Assembly (NCBI GenBank): GCA_004431415.1
Contig: QPMI01000081.1
Location: forward strand, 22,346-86,345
From: Cyanophora paradoxa CCMP329
Lineage: Eukaryota > Plantae > Glaucophyta
Reading direction: 5' to 3'
Length of the DNA stretch: 64,000 bases
Below, piece by piece: positions 13,434 to 26,317 of this stretch (its first letter is position 1; the number at the start of each line of letters is the position of its first letter). A model generated the notes under the pieces. That model was not told where the DNA came from. It made no database searches and saw nothing but the letters and a program-made list of their open reading frames with translations. The translations under genes were made by a program, and so were the position numbers.

Positions 13434-16400
13434 GCAGGTAGTTCATTCTAAATTCGTTTTTAATCGATATCTGCGGCGCCCGAGCCGCCACATATATTTC
13501 GCGGCGCTCGACCCGCCATTTTCGCGAAATGTCAGATTGTCGGATCACGCTGAAATCATATGCATGATCCAATGATCAGCGGCACGCAGCAGCAGCAACA
13601 GCCGCCTCCAACGCGGCCGCCGGGCACACATAAAGAAAAACAGCCTTCAGATTGTCCGGCGGCGTACGTTTTGGAGCAGGCGTGGCCTCGCCCGCCCCGC
13701 GCGAAAATGTTCCTATATATATTTCGCGCCAACGGCAGCGGGCATCGTCAAGCGATTCCTCGGTAGCGAATCAGCTCGCCGAGCTCAAGGACCTCTTTGT
13801 TCCGAATTCAGCTGGCTCGAATCATTGAATCCCCGGAGTCAGCTGGCCTTGGCACAAATTAAAATGCCAGGTAGCAAGGAATCAAGGGCGGGACTGCCGA
13901 CTTAGTGTTTTTTTGCAAAAGTGGACGTCGCATTGATCATGATACATCACGGCACATGTATCAATGTTCTACGTGAGGTGCCCTCTCGACCGGTCATGGG
14001 TCGCTCAATATGGGCGGGACTGCCGACTTTAGCTTGGCAATGTTCTCTAGCTAGATTTGTTGTGATTACTTTTTGAATATAAAAAGGCCATATGTAATTA
14101 TAATGCCAGCCACAGCCATTACCCTTCGTAGTCGTACCCCTTTATGCCCAGTAATGCCTGCCAAAGTAATGCCTGCCTACCCTTTGTAATCGTACCCCTG
14201 TATACCCACGATCTTGTACCCTACGACCTGAGCAATCATGATCAGCGACGGGATGACGACGTCGGCATCCCACGGCCGGGCTCGGCGCCGGCGACCCGCG
14301 AAATGCATGGGCAGGGCCTCCTTGCGTTCCCGGGCGATCGCGCATCTCCCGATAACCAGAATGCCGCGATCGACATCGGGTCCTCCGCCAATGAGTGCCG
14401 CGACCCTAACTGCAAATGTAAGCTCGCAAGCTCGTCATCGGGTGAAGTGCGCGCTTTTCTCCCGGCGCGGGCCCCCGGGGTCCACCAGACCATTATCGGA
14501 TATTATTGCAACCTGACGACGCTGCGCAGCCGCGATGCCCGGATTGGCAACGGCCATGCCACGGCTATGCTGCGCCGGCGCCTCACGGGCCGGCGCCCGC
14601 CGCCACGCCGACCCGGGGTCCCGTGCCGCCGCCAGTTCCGACGCCGGGCCCCGCGCCCCACCCGTTCGCCGCTCCCTCGCCCGCAACAGCCCCCGCTGCA
14701 ATCGCGGAGTGGATCTATGGTCAGTGGCATAGATCTCCTCTCATGACTAGGTCCAGCTTGGCGCCCGCCGGGGGGTCCGCCCCGCCCCACGCCCCGCACC
14801 ATGGCCAGCTGCATGCCTGCCCCCCTCGGGCCCGCGCCCCACCCGATGTCCGCTCTTCCCACCGCCGGCGCGGCCGCGCCTTACCCGGTGCCTGTGGCCG
14901 CCTCCACTGCAATCGCACAGTTGCCCCAGTGGTCTTCTAGCCCTGTGCCTCTCGGGTCTTCAGCTGCCCCGGCGCCGGCCTGGGGTCCCGCGGCCGCCCC
15001 GCGGGCGCCACCCGTCCCGCCCCATGGCCAGGCCCGCGGCCGCCCATTCGAACTCAATGCAGCTCCGGCGGCGAGCTTCGCAACTGCGCAACACCAGCTC
15101 CGAGGGCTCGCCGCTCTTCCCTCGAGCTCTACGCCGTACACGGCGCCCTCTTCGTCTTCGGATCCTGCGCCTCTCGGATCCGGACCTGCCCCGCGCGGGG
15201 GGCCGCGGCCGGCGCCGGCTGCGGGTTTCGTCCTGTCTCCTGGCCCCGCCCCGCCTCTCGCCGCTCGGAGCCCAGTGCATATGTAAGCGGCCCCCCAAGG
15301 GTATCATGATCGGAGCCCTTATAGCTGGCTTCCCCGATCTTTTCCCGGACTCGTGGTCGTACCCGTCGCCGCCGACTCGCCGGCTTGCCGAGCCTGCGTC
15401 TCCTTCTACTTCCCTCCGGCGGTTTGCCTCCGGCCTTTGTTCTTGATACCGGACTGCCGCCTTTGCCTTCGTCTTCTGCTTCGCTAGCGCTGGTCGTATC
15501 CCGCCGGCGCCGGCGTATACGTACTTCGTCTTATAGTTTAGTTCGGTCTGGTTCGGATTCTGATCGTAGTGTTGATGATAGAGTTAGTTTCAATACTAGC
15601 TATAGTCCTCGTGCTCGACCTGTTGTTCGCCGTCGTTTGCAGTTCGACTGCCCGCCTCGACCCCGGCCGGCTTTAGTGATTCCTTTGACTGTCCTTTTGC
15701 CTGCTCTTGATCCGCCTGCCGCAGTGCTCCGCCTCCTGTGTCCTCCTCGACCTCGTGCCGTAGCTCTGCCCGGGGATGGATTTGTCATTCAGCACCACAT
15801 TACAGTTTACAGAAACTGTCTCACCACGACGCCTACCATGAATCCTAGGATTGGCACTGAGGCACTTACATCTTTGGAAAATAGGAACCGAAGCTTTGAG
15901 TGCTGGAGGAAGCAGGTAGTTCATTCTAAATTCGTTTTTAATCGATATCTGCGGCGCCCGAGCCGCCACATATATTTCGCGGCGCTCGACCCGCCATTTT
16001 CGCGAAATGTCAGATTGTCGGATCACGCTGAAATCATATGCATGATCCAATGATCAGCGGCACGCAGCAGCAGCAACAGCCGCCTCCAACGCGGCCGCCG
16101 GGCACACATAAAGAAAAACAGCCTTCAGATTGTCCGGCGGCGTACGTTTTGGAGCAGGCGTGGCCTCGCCCGCCCCGCGCGAAAATGTTCCTATATATAT
16201 TTCGCGCCAACGGCAGCGGGCATCGTCAAGCGATTCCTCGGTAGCGAATCAGCTCGCCGAGCTCAAGGACCTCTTTGTTCCGAATTCAGCTGGCTCGAAT
16301 CATTGAATCCCCGGAGTCAGCTGGCCTTGGCACAAATTAAAATGCCAGGTAGCAAGGAATCAAGGGCGGGACTGCCGACTTAGTGTTTTTTTGCAAAAGT

Positions 16401-19400
16401 GGACGTCGCATTGATCATGATACATCACGGCACATGTATCAATGTTCTACGTGAGGTGCCCTCTCGACCGGTCATGGGTCGCTCAATATGGGCGGGACTG
16501 CCGACTTTAGCTTGGCAATGTTCTCTAGCTAGATTTGTTGTGATTACTTTTTGAATATAAAAAGGCCATATGTAATTATAATGCCAGCCACAGCCATTAC
16601 CCTTCGTAGTCGTACCCCTTTATGCCCAGTAATGCCTGCCAAAGTAATGCCTGCCTACCCTTTGTAATCGTACCCCTGTATACCCACGATCTTGTACCCT
16701 ACGACCTGAGCAATCATGATCAGCGACGGGATGACGACGTCGGCATCCCACGGCCGGGCTCGGCGCCGGCGACCCGCGAAATGCATGGGCAGGGCCTCCT
16801 TGCGTTCCCGGGCGATCGCGCATCTCCCGATAACCAGAATGCCGCGATCGACATCGGGTCCTCCGCCAATGAGTGCCGCGACCCTAACTGCAAATGTAAG
16901 CTCGCAAGCTCGTCATCGGGTGAAGTGCGCGCTTTTCTCCCGGCGCGGGCCCCCGGGTCCACCAGACCATTATCGGATATTATTGCAACCTGACGACGCT
17001 GCGCAGCCGCGATGCCCGGATTGGCAACGGCCATGCCACGGCTATGCTGCGCCGGCGCCTCACGGGCCGGCGCCCGCCGCCACGCCGACCCGGGGTCCCG
17101 TGCCGCCGCCAGTTCCGACGCCGGGCCCCGCGCCCCACCCGTTCGCCGCTCCCTCGCCCGCAACAGCCCCCGCTGCAATCGCGGAGTGGATCTATGGTCA
17201 GTGGCATAGATCTCCTCTCATGACTAGGTCCAGCTTGGCGCCCGCCGGGGGGTCCGCCCCGCCCCACGCCCCGCACCATGGCCAGCTGCATGCCTGCCCC
17301 CCCTCGGGCCCCGCGCCCCACCCGATGTCCGCTCTTCCCACCGCCGGCGCGGCCGCGCCTTACCCGGTGCCTGTGGCCGCCTCCACTGCAATCGCACAGT
17401 TGCCCCAGTGGTCTTCTAGCCCTGTGCCTCTCGGTCTTCAGCTGCCCCGGCGCCGGCCTGGGGTCCCGCGGCCGCCCGCGGGCGCCACCCGTCCCGCCCA
17501 TGGCCAGGCCCGCGGCCGCCCATTCGAACTCAATGCAGCTCCGGCGGCGAGCTTCGCAACTGCGCAACACCAGCTCCGAGGGCTCGCCGCTCTTCCCTCG
17601 AGCTCTACGCCGTACACGGCGCCCTCTTCGTCTTCGGATCCTGCGCCTCTCGGATCCGGACCTGCCCGCGCGGGGGCCGCGGCCGGCGCCGGCTGCGGGT
17701 TTCGTCCTGTCTCCTGGCCCGCCCCGCCTCTCGCCGCTCGGAGCCCAGTGCATATGTAAGCGGCCCCCAAGGGTATCATGATCGGAGCCCTTATAGCTGG
17801 CTTCCCCGATCTTTCCCGGACTCGTGGTCGTACCCGTCGCCGCCGACTCGCCGGCTTGCCGAGCCTGCGTCTCCTTCTACTTCCCTCCGGCGGTTTGCCT
17901 CCGGCCTTTGTTCTTGATACCGGACTGCCGCCTTTGCCTTCGTCTTCTGCTTCGCTAGCGCTGGTCGTATCCCGCCGGCGCCGGCGTATACGTACTTCGT
18001 CTTATAGTTTAGTTCGGTCTGGTTCGGATTCTGATCGTAGTGTTGATGATAGAGTTAGTTTCAATACTAGCTATAGTCCTCGTGCTCGACCTGTTGTTCG
18101 CCGTCGTTTGCAGTTCGACTGCCCGCCTCGACCCGGCCGGCTTTAGTGATTCCTTTGACTGTCCTTTTGCCTGCTCTTGATCCGCCTGCCGCAGTGCTCC
18201 GCCTCCTGTGTCCTCCTCGACCTCGTGCCGTAGCTCTGCCCGGGATGGATTTGTCATTCAGCACCACATTACAGTTTACAGAAACTGTCTCACCACGACG
18301 CCTACCATGAATCCTAGGATTGGCACTGAGGCACTTACATCTTTGGAAAATAGGAACCGAAGCTTTGAGTGCTGGAGGAAGCAGGTAGTTCATTCTAAAT
18401 TCGTTTTTAATCGATATCTGCGGCGCCCGAGCCGCCACATATATTTCGCGGCGCTCGACCCGCCATTTTCGCGAAATGTCAGATTGTCGGATCACGCTGA
18501 AATCATATGCATGATCCAATGATCAGCGGCACGCAGCAGCAGCAACAGCCGCCTCCAACGCGGCCGCCGGGCACACATAAAGAAAAACAGCCTTCAGATT
18601 GTCCGGCGGCGTACGTTTTGGAGCAGGCGTGGCCTCGCCCGCCCCGCGCGAAAATGTTCCTATATATATTTCGCGCCAACGGCAGCGGGCATCGTCAAGC
18701 GATTCCTCGGTAGCGAATCAGCTCGCCGAGCTCAAGGACCTCTTTGTTCCGAATTCAGCTGGCTCGAATCATTGAATCCCCGGAGTCAGCTGGCCTTGGC
18801 ACAAATTAAAATGCCAGGTAGCAAGGAATCAAGGGCGGGACTGCCGACTTAGTGTTTTTTTGCAAAAGTGGACGTCGCATTGATCATGATACATCACGGC
18901 ACATGTATCAATGTTCTACGTGAGGTGCCCTCTCGACCGGTCATGGGTCGCTCAATATGGGCGGGACTGCCGACTTTAGCTTGGCAATGTTCTCTAGCTA
19001 GATTTGTTGTGATTACTTTTTGAATATAAAAAGGCCATATGTAATTATAATGCCAGCCACAGCCATTACCCTTCGTAGTCGTACCCCTTTATGCCCAGTA
19101 ATGCCTGCCAAAGTAATGCCTGCCTACCCTTTGTAATCGTACCCCTGTATACCCACGATCTTGTACCCTACGACCTGAGCAATCATGATCAGCGACGGGA
19201 TGACGACGTCGGCATCCCACGGCCGGGCTCGGCGCCGGCGACCCGCGAAATGCATGGGCAGGGCCTCCTTGCGTTCCCGGGCGATCGCGCATCTCCCGAT
19301 AACCAGAATGCCGCGATCGACATCGGGTCCTCCGCCAATGAGTGCCGCGACCCTAACTGCAAATGTAAGCTCGCAAGCTCGTCATCGGGTGAAGTGCGCG

Positions 19401-20271
19401 CTTTTCTCCCGGCGCGGGCCCCCGGGTCCACCAGACCATTATCGGATATTATTGCAACCTGACGACGCTGCGCAGCCGCGATGCCCGGATTGGCAACGGC
19501 CATGCCACGGCTATGCTGCGCCGGCGCCTCACGGGCCGGCGCCCGCCGCCACGCCGACCCGGGGTCCCGTGCCGCCGCCAGTTCCGACGCCGGGCCCCGC
19601 GCCCCACCCGTTCGCCGCTCCCTCGCCCGCAACAGCCCCCGCTGCAATCGCGGAGTGGATCTATGGTCAGTGGCATAGATCTCCTCTCATGACTAGGTCC
19701 AGCTTGGCGCCCGCCGGGGGGTCCGCCCCGCCCCACGCCCCGCACCATGGCCAGCTGCATGCCTGCCCCCCCTCGGGCCCCGCGCCCCACCCGATGTCCG
19801 CTCTTCCCACCGCCGGCGCGGCCGCGCCTTACCCGGTGCCTGTGGCCGCCTCCACTGCAATCGCACAGTTGCCCCAGTGGTCTTCTAGCCCTGTGCCTCT
19901 CGGGTCTTCAGCTGCCCCGGCGCCGGCCTGGGGTCCCGCGGCCGCCCCGCGGGCGCCACCCGTCCCGCCCCATGGCCAGGCCCGCGGCCGCCCATTCGAA
20001 CTCAATGCAGCTCCGGCGGCGAGCTTCGCAACTGCGCAACACCAGCTCCGAGGGCTCGCCGCTCTTCCCTCGAGCTCTACGCCGTACACGGCGCCCTCTT
20101 CGTCTTCGGATCCTGCGCCTCTCGGATCCGGACCTGCCCCGCGCGGGGGGCCGCGGCCGGCGCCGGCTGCGGGTTTCGTCCTGTCTCCTGGCCCCGCCCC
20201 GCCTCTCGCCGCTCGGAGCCCAGTGCATATGTAAGCGGCCCCCCAAGGGTATCATGATCGGAGCCCTTATA
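13434..20271. repeat. Near-identical tandem array A-B-A-B-A (A about 1.89 kb, B about 0.59 kb; periods 2478 and 2469 bp)
   Basis: GCAGGTAGTTCATTCTAAATTCG starts at 13434, 15912 and 18381; identical ORFs at 13560, 16038 and 18507. A ends GAGCCCTTATA at 15323 in copy 1 and 20271 in copy 3. Confidence 0.95.
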
Positions 20272-20630
20272 ATTACTATCATGATCAAGGGTATGATCAT
20301 GACAGGCCTCCGTACGCGCACAGGGTGGTACATGTACAGCCGGAGCAGCAGCCGCCACGCGAGCCAGCCGGTGTTATCGGAGCAGCTGCAGCAGCAATTG
20401 CAAGTGGGACTGCAAGCAGCTGCAGCGAGAATTGCTCATATATGCATGGTTTCTTTAGTGGGCGGCTCTTTGCGATGAGCAAGGAGATCGCGGCGCAGCG
20501 AGAGGAATTCGCGGCGCAGTTCGCGGCGCAGCGAGAGGAAATCGCTGCGGCGAGAGCGGAGATCGCGCGCCTCGGCAGGGAGCTGTACGAGGAGGAAGCG
20601 AGCTCGAGTGAGCTGGCGAGCGATCACTAG
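19250..20630 (+). CDS. Pro/Ala-rich protein with a short C-terminal coiled coil; complete only in the third A copy; start uncertain
   Basis: Pro-rich exons, then intron gtaagc (20231)...gacag, then PPYAHRVVHVQPEQ...SKEIAAQREEFAAQFAAQREEIAAARAEIARLGRELYEEEASSSELASDH-TAG. The stop codon comes from the CACTA end. Confidence 0.5.
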
Positions 20631-23600
20631 TAAAAGGGGGGTCGCCGGAGCCTGTTTCAGCCTGATTAATATCAGGCTAGCCTGATTCGAAAACAGGCTG
20701 GAATCAGGCTGAGCCGCCAGCCTGAATCCAGCCTGATTGCCAAACAGGCTAGCCTGATTAGCTATCAGGCTAGCCTGGTTTCTTTACAGGCTGGACTCCA
20801 GCCTGCACCCAAGCCTAATTCGAATAGTTATCAGGCTGGAGTCGGCTGGTCAGGCTGAATCAGGCTGAGCGCGCCAGCACACATAGAAGCATCGGAACTC
20901 GCACTCTTAATATGATAAGCACTAGTACTAGTACTACGTATACGGTACTGTTCTACATCTAAACATGCAGACGGAATTGAAAAGCGGCAAAAAGGCAGTG
21001 GTTCTCCAGGAGATATTGCGGATCCGGGCCCGCGCTCCTCGCAGGCCGCGGCGCCGGACGCCGCGCTCGGCATGTGGATGTGCCGTGCGGTGTCGCGCAC
21101 GGGGAGCCGCGCGGAGCTGCCCGCGGCCGCCGCCGGGCCGAGACGCCCGTCCTAGGAGATAATGTCAGAATAAGGTCAGACGATGGGTGTTCGGATGGGG
21201 GCGATCTGAAGGCGCGCAGCAGCGCGTATTGAAGAGTTATTTAAGATCATGTATAAAGCTTAAGAGCGGCGCCGTGGCCTGGCAAGCGCGCACCAAAAAA
21301 GCGCGGCACTCCGCTGCAGCTTCGCGTGGAGAGCTCGCCAGGGAAATCTGGACAAGCAGAACTCGAGGTTAGATGCAGACTAGTGCGCGAGGAAAGAGAA
21401 CGCGCCCGCGGCAGCGATTCCCGTGGCCCAGCGGCCCGGCAACTGTGCCAGGAAGTCGTCTCTAAAAGTGATCTGCCGGACCGGATACTATGCTCCATTA
21501 ACTCGTATTGAAGCCCTTTATAAGCCTACGTGGTCGGCCGAAAGTTGATTCTCCCCCCACTAAGGTCTCCGCGGACCTGGGCGAGCTCGGCGACGGGATG
21601 GTCGTACTGGCAAGGAAGCCGCCGGCTCCCGCGCGGCCATTTCGCGAGCATCTGAGGCGAGGATTACGGCAATGCGCAGCGATTGGGGCGGGGGCGCACG
21701 GGTGCGGCCGCGCGGCCATGAAACTGCGGCGGAGGTCGGCGCTCGGGCGCGGTGCGGCAGCGGGCGCGGCTCGCCTGCAATGGGATCGACCGAAGATCAG
21801 TTGTAGCGCGTTCCGCATGCTCGCTGCAGCCAGGCGCTCTCGAGGCTGCAAGGAATCTGCACGACACCGGCAGGCCTGCACGGAATCGCGTCGGGTCATG
21901 CTGAGAGCATGCAAGTGGCATTCTTACATCGACGCAAGATCCCTGTGATGTAGAGCGGAGAGCTGCGCCGAACCTGGGCCCAAATGAGCAACTTCTCCCG
22001 AGGTCGGCGCAGCTGGAGAGCGGCGTTGGGAGCTCGCAGGGACCGATCCAGCGCACCAAGCATCCCACGTAGCTCTCGGGACGCTGCTGGGCGCGAACGG
22101 CCTGCCGCGATGCAGCACTAGATGGGCGACGTCGCCTGCAGCGTCTGTGGAGCTCTCAACCCGTTATAGCTAGCGCCTCCAGTGCATAGATGCGCTCGCC
22201 GCTTGTCTTGCATGCCTCTAGCTAAGAGCGAGGTCTTCGAGCTTGGGTACCAGTTTTGACTGGGGTACACAAACCGCAAATATCGGAGCCCTCGCTGCCC
22301 GCTCCCGCGCCTTGCGGCAGCCGCGGGCGAGCGGAGCGTGCAGCAACCGCCTCTATAGCGTTGCTTGCACCTCGTACGCGTGCAGGTCGGCAGCGAGAGC
22401 GGGCCGCGGGCGGACTTCTTCGAATGAGGTCTGCGGCCCGTCTCCCGCGAGCTGCCGGCCTCTTGGCACACTCGTTGCTGATCATGCAGCGCTAGGAAGC
22501 GGGCAGCTTCCGCCCGGAGCCCCGAACGGCATTGTCCGCAGCCCGCCAGGTCCGATCCGCGAACTCGTGCTCTCGGACGCGCTGCGGTCGCTCTGTGGGC
22601 TATTCTTGCTAATCGTCTCACGCAGGAGTGCTTGACCGGCCTGCGCTCTCGCTTCCGTGGTGACCCGCGGCCGCGACTGCACGACCCGCGCTTCTCGCTT
22701 CCTGCAGCTGCAGGCTGCAGCACGGCGCGGCCGCTCCTCCCGGCCGGCCACTCGCCGGCGCCCAATTCCGGCCGAGGCCCGCTCGCCCTTGCTGACTCGC
22801 GGTTCCAGATCTTTGCCTGCTTCGAGGCGTGCCGCCCCGCGCGACTTCGCCTCGCGATCCTCGATGAAGGTACGCGCTCCTCCCGGCCGGCCGCTCGCCG
22901 GCGCCCGATCCCGGCCGAGGCCCGCTCGCCCTTGCTGACTTGCGGTTCCAGATCTTTGCCTGCTTCGAGGCGTGCAGCCCCGCGCGACTTCGCCTCGCGA
23001 TCCTCGATGAAGGTACGCGCTCCTCCCGGCCGGCCGCTCGCCGGCGCCCGATCCCGGCCGAGGCCCGCTCGCCCTTGCTGACTCGCGGTTCCAGATCTTT
23101 GCCTGCTTCGAGGCGTGCAGCCCCGCGCGACTTCGCCTCGCGATCCTCGATGAAGGTACGCGCTCCTCCCGGCCGGCCGCTCGCCGGCGCCCGATCCCGG
23201 CCGAGGCCCGCTCGCCCTTGCTGACTCGCGGCCCCAGATCTCGCATGCGGGCGACTGGCAGCACAAGCTGCGACGTTCGATGTGGATGCGCATTGGCGAC
23301 CGCCGCCCTCCAGCGCTCCCTTGCTCCCCCGGCGCTACGGGCAGCGCGACGAGGCTAATTGTAATGTCTGGTTTAGTTTCAGTTATTGAATGTTTAGTGC
23401 GTTTAGATGTAGAACAGCGCTTCTCGTATGTGCAATTCGAGTTCGGATGCTTCTACGTGTGCTGGCGCGGTGCTGGGGGCGGGGCGGGGGGTAGCAAGCC
23501 TGATATGAGCCTGATGTTCAAGCCTGTTTGAAGCCTGATTCAAGCCTCATTCAGCCTGATCCAAGCCTGATTCAAGCCTGTTTCAGCCTGTTTCAAATCA

Positions 23601-23714
23601 GGCTGAATCCTCCGAAATAAGGCTGAGCCTGTTTCGCCCAGCCTGTCTCAGCCTTATTTAAGCCTGCTTTAAATCAGGCTGAAACAGGCTCCGGCGACCC
23701 CCTTTTTACTAGTG
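20625..23714. mobile_element. Non-autonomous CACTA (En/Spm, CMC superfamily) DNA transposon, 3090 bp
   Basis: About 43-bp TIRs CACTAGTAAAAGGGGGGTCGCCGGAGCCTGTTTCAGCCTGATT and AATCAGGCTGAAACAGGCTCCGGCGACCCCCTTTTTACTAGTG; 3-bp TSD GAT at 20622-24 and 23715-17; dense subterminal AGCCTG/CAGGCT motifs at both ends; no transposase recognised. Confidence 0.95.
22732..23240. repeat. 143-bp tandem repeat, about 3.5 copies, inside the CACTA element
   Basis: CGCTCCTCCCGGCCGGCC recurs at 22732, 22875, 23018 and 23161; the associated ORF ends at 22938, 23081 and 23224 are 143 bp apart. Confidence 0.95.
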
Positions 23715-24054
23715 GATGGGAGTCCCCGCAGCCCGTGATCGCGAGAAGGATCGATCGATATCATCGAGATCAGCGAATATCATCTTCGAATTCATAATTA
23801 GATCCCGGCCCTCGCTCTTCTTTCTGCCAGTTGGATATCGTAGAAAGATATCGTAGCTATAGGATATAATTACAGCGAGTTCAGATTTCCGCTGAGTCAG
23901 TCCGGACCCTCGCTTGTTTTAGCCTTCAGATCCGGGCCCTCGCTCTTCTTTTTAGATCGCTTAGAAAGCTACCGCAGTACACGAGACGCTGGTTCTGTAA
24001 ATATTGCAAATTGCTCGGTCTAGATCTGAGCCGGCCCGGCCGGGCGGCGTGACG

Positions 24055-26279
24055 TCACGGGGGCGCGAGGTCCTTGCCGAAGCTGATTCCGGCGACTTGC
24101 GAGGCCGCCGAGCCCGGCCGGGCCGCCGCGGCCGCCCCCGCGGCCGCGGCCTCCGTGGCAGGCGGAGGCGTCGGTGCCGGTCGCCCTGCGCCCTCGCCGG
24201 CGGCGCTCGCGCCTGACGCGCGACGAGAGAGGGGCTGGAGGGAGAGGGGCGAGAGCTGGCGGGACAGGGACGCGGCGAGCCCGGGGAACCCCCCCTGGGG
24301 GGGAGGAGGGGGGCTCTGCGGCCCCGTCGGGGGGCTCTTGGTACCCCCCGGCCGCCGCGCCCCCATCAGGTCGGTCACCGGCGTGTCCTTCGTGTACCCC
24401 GCGCCCATCTGGGCCTGGTGGGGGGGAGAAGCGCCGCGGGGGGACCGGGAGCGCCTGGCGCGGCGGGAGCCCGAGTGGAAGCCGGCGCCCGATGCAGGCC
24501 TGTGCTTCCGGACCGGCGGCCGGTAGATCTGGTAGTACCGCTGCAAAGGGCCTCAGGGGGGTACAGTACAATCCGCAAGGAGGCAGGGGTACGGCGCCAC
24601 CTCGAAGATGAGCTTGCAGAAGTCGTCCAAGACGACATCGAGGGACGGCGGCTGCTCCTCGCCCGTGACGGGTACGCGCTCCACCGCCACCCTGGAAGGG
24701 GGGAAGGGGGGGGGGCGGAGTTTCGGTGCGGGTACGGGGGGGGGGGAGGGGGGGAAGGAAGGGTGCCTCACACCGTGCGAGCCCCTCGACGAACTCGGAA
24801 AGGTCCATCTGAGGGGGGTACAGGGTTAGAAAAAGGCTGAATCGCAGCAAGAAAAAGGGAGACGCACGTCTTCGTACGTCGCTTCGTCGACGAGGTTCGC
24901 CTGCGGGGTACGCTCAATCGGAGGGGAGAAGGAGGAAGGGGGAGGTACGGCGGCGCGCCTGGATGAAGCTCGTCTGGACGATGCGCGCCGTCGTCCGCTT
25001 GTGGTCGATGATGCCGAGCTCCTGTACCCGGGCAGGTCGGACGGGAGGGAGGGGGGTAGACGAGGAAAGGGGGAGCAAGGTAAAGGGGATACCGTGAAGA
25101 GCGCGAACCACTCGCGCATCTGAATCGTTTTGAGGCGGTGCTTCATCGCCGGCAGCTCGGGCTGCGGCCTTAGCGTCAGAGGAGCCGGGGGTACAGCGAA
25201 ATCTGCATCGCGGAGGGTACGCAGACACCTGCTTCTGCGCGTAGGTGCGGTATACTTCGCGAAGCTTTGGAAGGTGCCGAGCCACCACCTGCGGCGACAA
25301 GGAAGCTCAGAGGGGGTACGGGGCGGGGAGAGGAGGGGGGTACGCGCCTCCTGGCACTCGGGGGTAGCGAGTTCCGCCCGCAGCAGCTCGTAGCTGTCCA
25401 TTTTGGCGTTCGGCATGATGTCTGGGGTACGCAAAATATTGGGGAGGAATGGATTAGAGCCGGAGGCTGCGGGAGAATGCGGGGGGGGGGGGGTAAGAAG
25501 TGGGGGTACCGCACCGCGGGAGAGGAGTGTAGAGAAGCGCTCCGGGAGGGAGGGGAGGGCCCCGTACCTGAGAAAAAAGCGGGGGAATGAGAACGAAGAG
25601 GGGTACAGGCGAAGAGTTGGAGGGTGGTACGCGCTTGATGTGGGCGACCCGCACGAGGCACTGGATGAACTCGTACAGGAGGAGCTGGTCCGCGCGGTTC
25701 GCCTCGTCCTCCTGGGAGCCAGATCGGGTGGGGTGAGGGGGTACAGGAATCGCGGATAAGGGGGGTACGCCGCGCGCGCACGTCCTGCTTGGGTAGGCCG
25801 TTCTCATCGTACTGACGGTTCGCCATCACGAACGCGACATTTATGGAGGCTGCGGGGGTACGCAAGCTTCAGAAGGGTAGGAAGCGATCTCTGGGGGTAC
25901 AGCAAGTCACCGGCCATGGTTGCGTTCTCGGCGACGCGGCAGTCGTGCATGAGCTTCTCGAACTCGCGCTTGCTCATCGTGAACATCGATTCTGGGGTGG
26001 GGTCGGGTACGCGGTCTCAGAGAGAGGGCGAGGGAGGGAAGGGATGACACTAGAGGGGAGGGGGGGGAAGGGAAGGGGATCTGGGATCTGGAGCGGTGGA
26101 GCAAGGTCGAGAGGCGTATAGAAAGGCCCCTCTAACCCGGCCGGGCCGGCCTAACGCGGCGGGACGGGGCGGGGCGGGGCGGGGGCGGAGTGGCGGTTGT
26201 CGAGGGACCAGGGACCTGTAGCTAGGGGGTAGCTAGGATCTAGGATCTGGGATCGGGAACGAGCGGCGGCCCCGGATGG

Positions 26280-26317
<38 letters not shown>

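Noticed and set aside
13434-15323. Unit A as the LTR of a tandem TRIM/LARD array
   Set aside because: No TG...CA ends, PBS, PPT or TSD; A ends mid-intron and continues into host gene sequence in copy 3.
20640-20870. CRISPR-like repeat cluster
   Set aside because: Short AGCCTG motifs in both orientations with irregular spacing are CACTA subterminal repeats; no cas genes.
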